From NCBI GenBank assembly GCA_002305675.1, contig DBQA01000007.1, positions 110,653-174,652 of the forward strand: a DNA stretch of 64,000 nt, in the 5' to 3' direction. Position numbers and translations under genes: made by a program. Shown here in pieces: positions 62,734 through 64,000 of this stretch (within the stretch, counting starts at the first letter, position 1; the number at the start of each line of letters is the position of its first letter). A model generated the notes under the pieces. It saw nothing but the letters and a program-made list of their open reading frames with translations, searched no databases and was not told the DNA's origin. This DNA is from Patescibacteria group bacterium UBA1406. GTDB taxonomy: Bacteria > Patescibacteriota > Microgenomatia > UBA1406.

Positions 62734-64000
62734 TGTACATATAATTTTACTATATCGCCCTGCTGAAAGTCAAGTTTTGGGTCGAATATCGCGCCACATT
62801 CCTCCCCTTTCTTGACTTCGGCCACTTGGTCGCTTTTTTGATATAATGACCTTATAGTTGTTTCACCAAGTAGTTTCTTACCCCGGTGGAGCTCGGCCTT
62901 GTCGTTCATCCTGATGCGGCCGGTGATGATCTTCAGGCCCGCGATTTGTACGTTCTCCTTAAGGAATTTCGCCTGTACCTTCGCTTCTCCCACTTTCTTC
63001 TCCTCCTTCTCCTTCTTTTCCCGGAGTGCAAATATAAGGTCTTCTACTTGTTCCAGAAGTTCATAGATCAGGTTGAACTCAAAGACATTGATGTTCTCCA
63101 GCTCGACCTTCTTGGCCAGGTTGCCTTTCATCCGGACGTTGAAGAGAAGGATGTTCGCCGAAGTGGCTGAGGCCATCTCCACATCTGCCTCCGTCAGGTC
63201 CCCGACCTCGCCGCTGATGATCTCTATCTCCTCAAATTGGGCAAACTTTTCCCGGATCACCTCGAGCGACCCGTATGAGTCGGCGCGGACAATGAAGTTG
63301 AACTTCTCCACCTGCTCCTTAAAAAAGTCGGCGGCCGTAGTCGGTACCCCTCTGACAGCATTTCCTCCCTCTGCAGCGGCGGGCGGACGGGCGGAAACGA
63401 CCGTCCCCGGACTGATCATGCCGCGGCTCCCGAGGATCTCCACGGGCGTGCTCGGGGCCACATCGCGCACCACTCTCCCTTCGTCATTGAACATAGCCCT
63501 GATCTTGACGGGGGAAGCGCCGATATATACCGTATCGCCCACCTTCAGGCGGCCGTCCCTAAGAATGACCGTCAGGACAATGCCCCGGCGGTCCTTTTTG
63601 GACTCGATGACCCCGCCCACGAGCGGCCCTTCGTCAGTATAGGTGAGGTCGTTCAGGTCGGAGACCAGGGCGATAAGCTCCAGGAGCGAATCAATATTGG
63701 TGCCCTTTTTGGCGCTCACCTCTACCATGGGCGTCTCCCCGCCCCGGCCTTCCAGGTAAACTTCCTGGCGGGTAAGGTCCTTGACCACCTTTTCCACGTT
63801 GACCCCCGGAAGGTCGACCTTGTTGATGACCACGATGAAGGGGATATCGGCTTTCTTGATGACCTCGATGGACTCTTTGGTCTGCGGCTGCACGGAGTCA
63901 TCGGCCGCCACCACGAGAAGAGCCACGTCGGCAATGCTCACTCCCCTGGCCCGCAGGTTCTGGAAGGCCTCGTGGCCCGGGGTATCGATAAAGGTTATCC
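62730..64000 (-). CDS. infB: Translation initiation factor IF-2, C-terminal ~423 aa (5' end beyond window)
   Basis: The reading frame is open to the window edge. My translation of the last 60 nt gives ITFIDTPGHEAFQNLRARGVSIADV (G domain DTPGH), then NKVD, followed by C-terminal domains. Confidence 0.93.
   Translation of the reverse strand, partial: ITFIDTPGHEAFQNLRARGVSIADVALLVVAADDSVQPQTKESIEVIKKADIPFIVVINKVDLPGVNVEKVVKDLTRQEVYLEGRGGETPMVEVSAKKGTNIDSLLELIALVSDLNDLTYTDEGPLVGGVIESKKDRRGIVLTVILRDGRLKVGDTVYIGASPVKIRAMFNDEGRVVRDVAPSTPVEILGSRGMISPGTVVSARPPAAAEGGNAVRGVPTTAADFFKEQVEKFNFIVRADSYGSLEVIREKFAQFEEIEIISGEVGDLTEADVEMASATSANILLFNVRMKGNLAKKVELENINVFEFNLIYELLEQVEDLIFALREKKEKEEKKVGEAKVQAKFLKENVQIAGLKIITGRIRMNDKAELHRGKKLLGETTIRSLYQKSDQVAEVKKGEECGAIFDPKLDFQQGDIVKLYVQ

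Overview
The window is densely coded (about 70 CDS, 4 tRNAs, almost no non-coding DNA). It has no rRNA, CRISPR array, transposase or integrase that I can recognise. All calls rest on my own motif recognition in the translated ORFs and on hand inspection of the intergenic DNA; no database search was run. The gene content suggests a small-genome, CPR/Patescibacteria-like (Microgenomates-like) bacterium. The evidence is many ArnT/PMT-like GT-C membrane proteins, a class F-like sortase, LytR_C, lamin-tail and CAP-domain envelope proteins, a standalone 5'-3' exonuclease, and scarce Shine-Dalgarno motifs. It uses the standard code: RF2 is present and TGA is used as a stop, including in ATGA overlaps.

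Layout:
- 1-3.9 kb: a lower-GC copper cassette (edge-truncated CPH-type P1B ATPase that the ORF track misses, CsoR, and a Cys-Cys membrane protein), followed by an ECF sigma module.
- 3.9-6.8 kb: a divergent lipid module (MGDG-synthase-like GT, lipid kinase, CX5R phosphatase).
- 6.8-12.4 kb: housekeeping and envelope genes (msrA, GH-like lipoprotein, sortase with an unannotated signal-peptide mini-ORF, PRTase, tRNA-Pro, tRNA-Met).
- 12.4-22.5 kb: a GT2, prfB, ftsE-ftsX-M23 peptidase, and LTD/VanZ/CAP proteins.
- 22.5-47.9 kb: a very large glycosylation locus. It holds rfbA/B/D, ugd and UDP-xylose synthase, then 6 GT2, 1 GT4, a Wzx flippase and 9 GT-C-like membrane transferases.
- 47.9-64 kb: CPBP protease, DNA repair genes (FEN-like exonuclease, UvrD-nuclease fusion, RmuC), tRNA-Lys/Val, DedA/YqaA, dtd, lon, ferredoxin, sufS, PBP1A, a degenerate DHH protein and infB (5'-truncated by the window end).

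Most interesting observations:
- Five start/stop-coupled GT2->GT-C gene pairs in tandem.
- One gene-sized AT-rich xenolog inside that locus.
- An apparently circularly permuted M23 domain in the FtsEX-linked peptidase.
- A CIRCE-like operator on a leaderless lon promoter.
- A 27-nt motif shared by the ECF sigma gene and its downstream target.
- A window-wide pattern of -10 boxes 6-9 nt from start codons.
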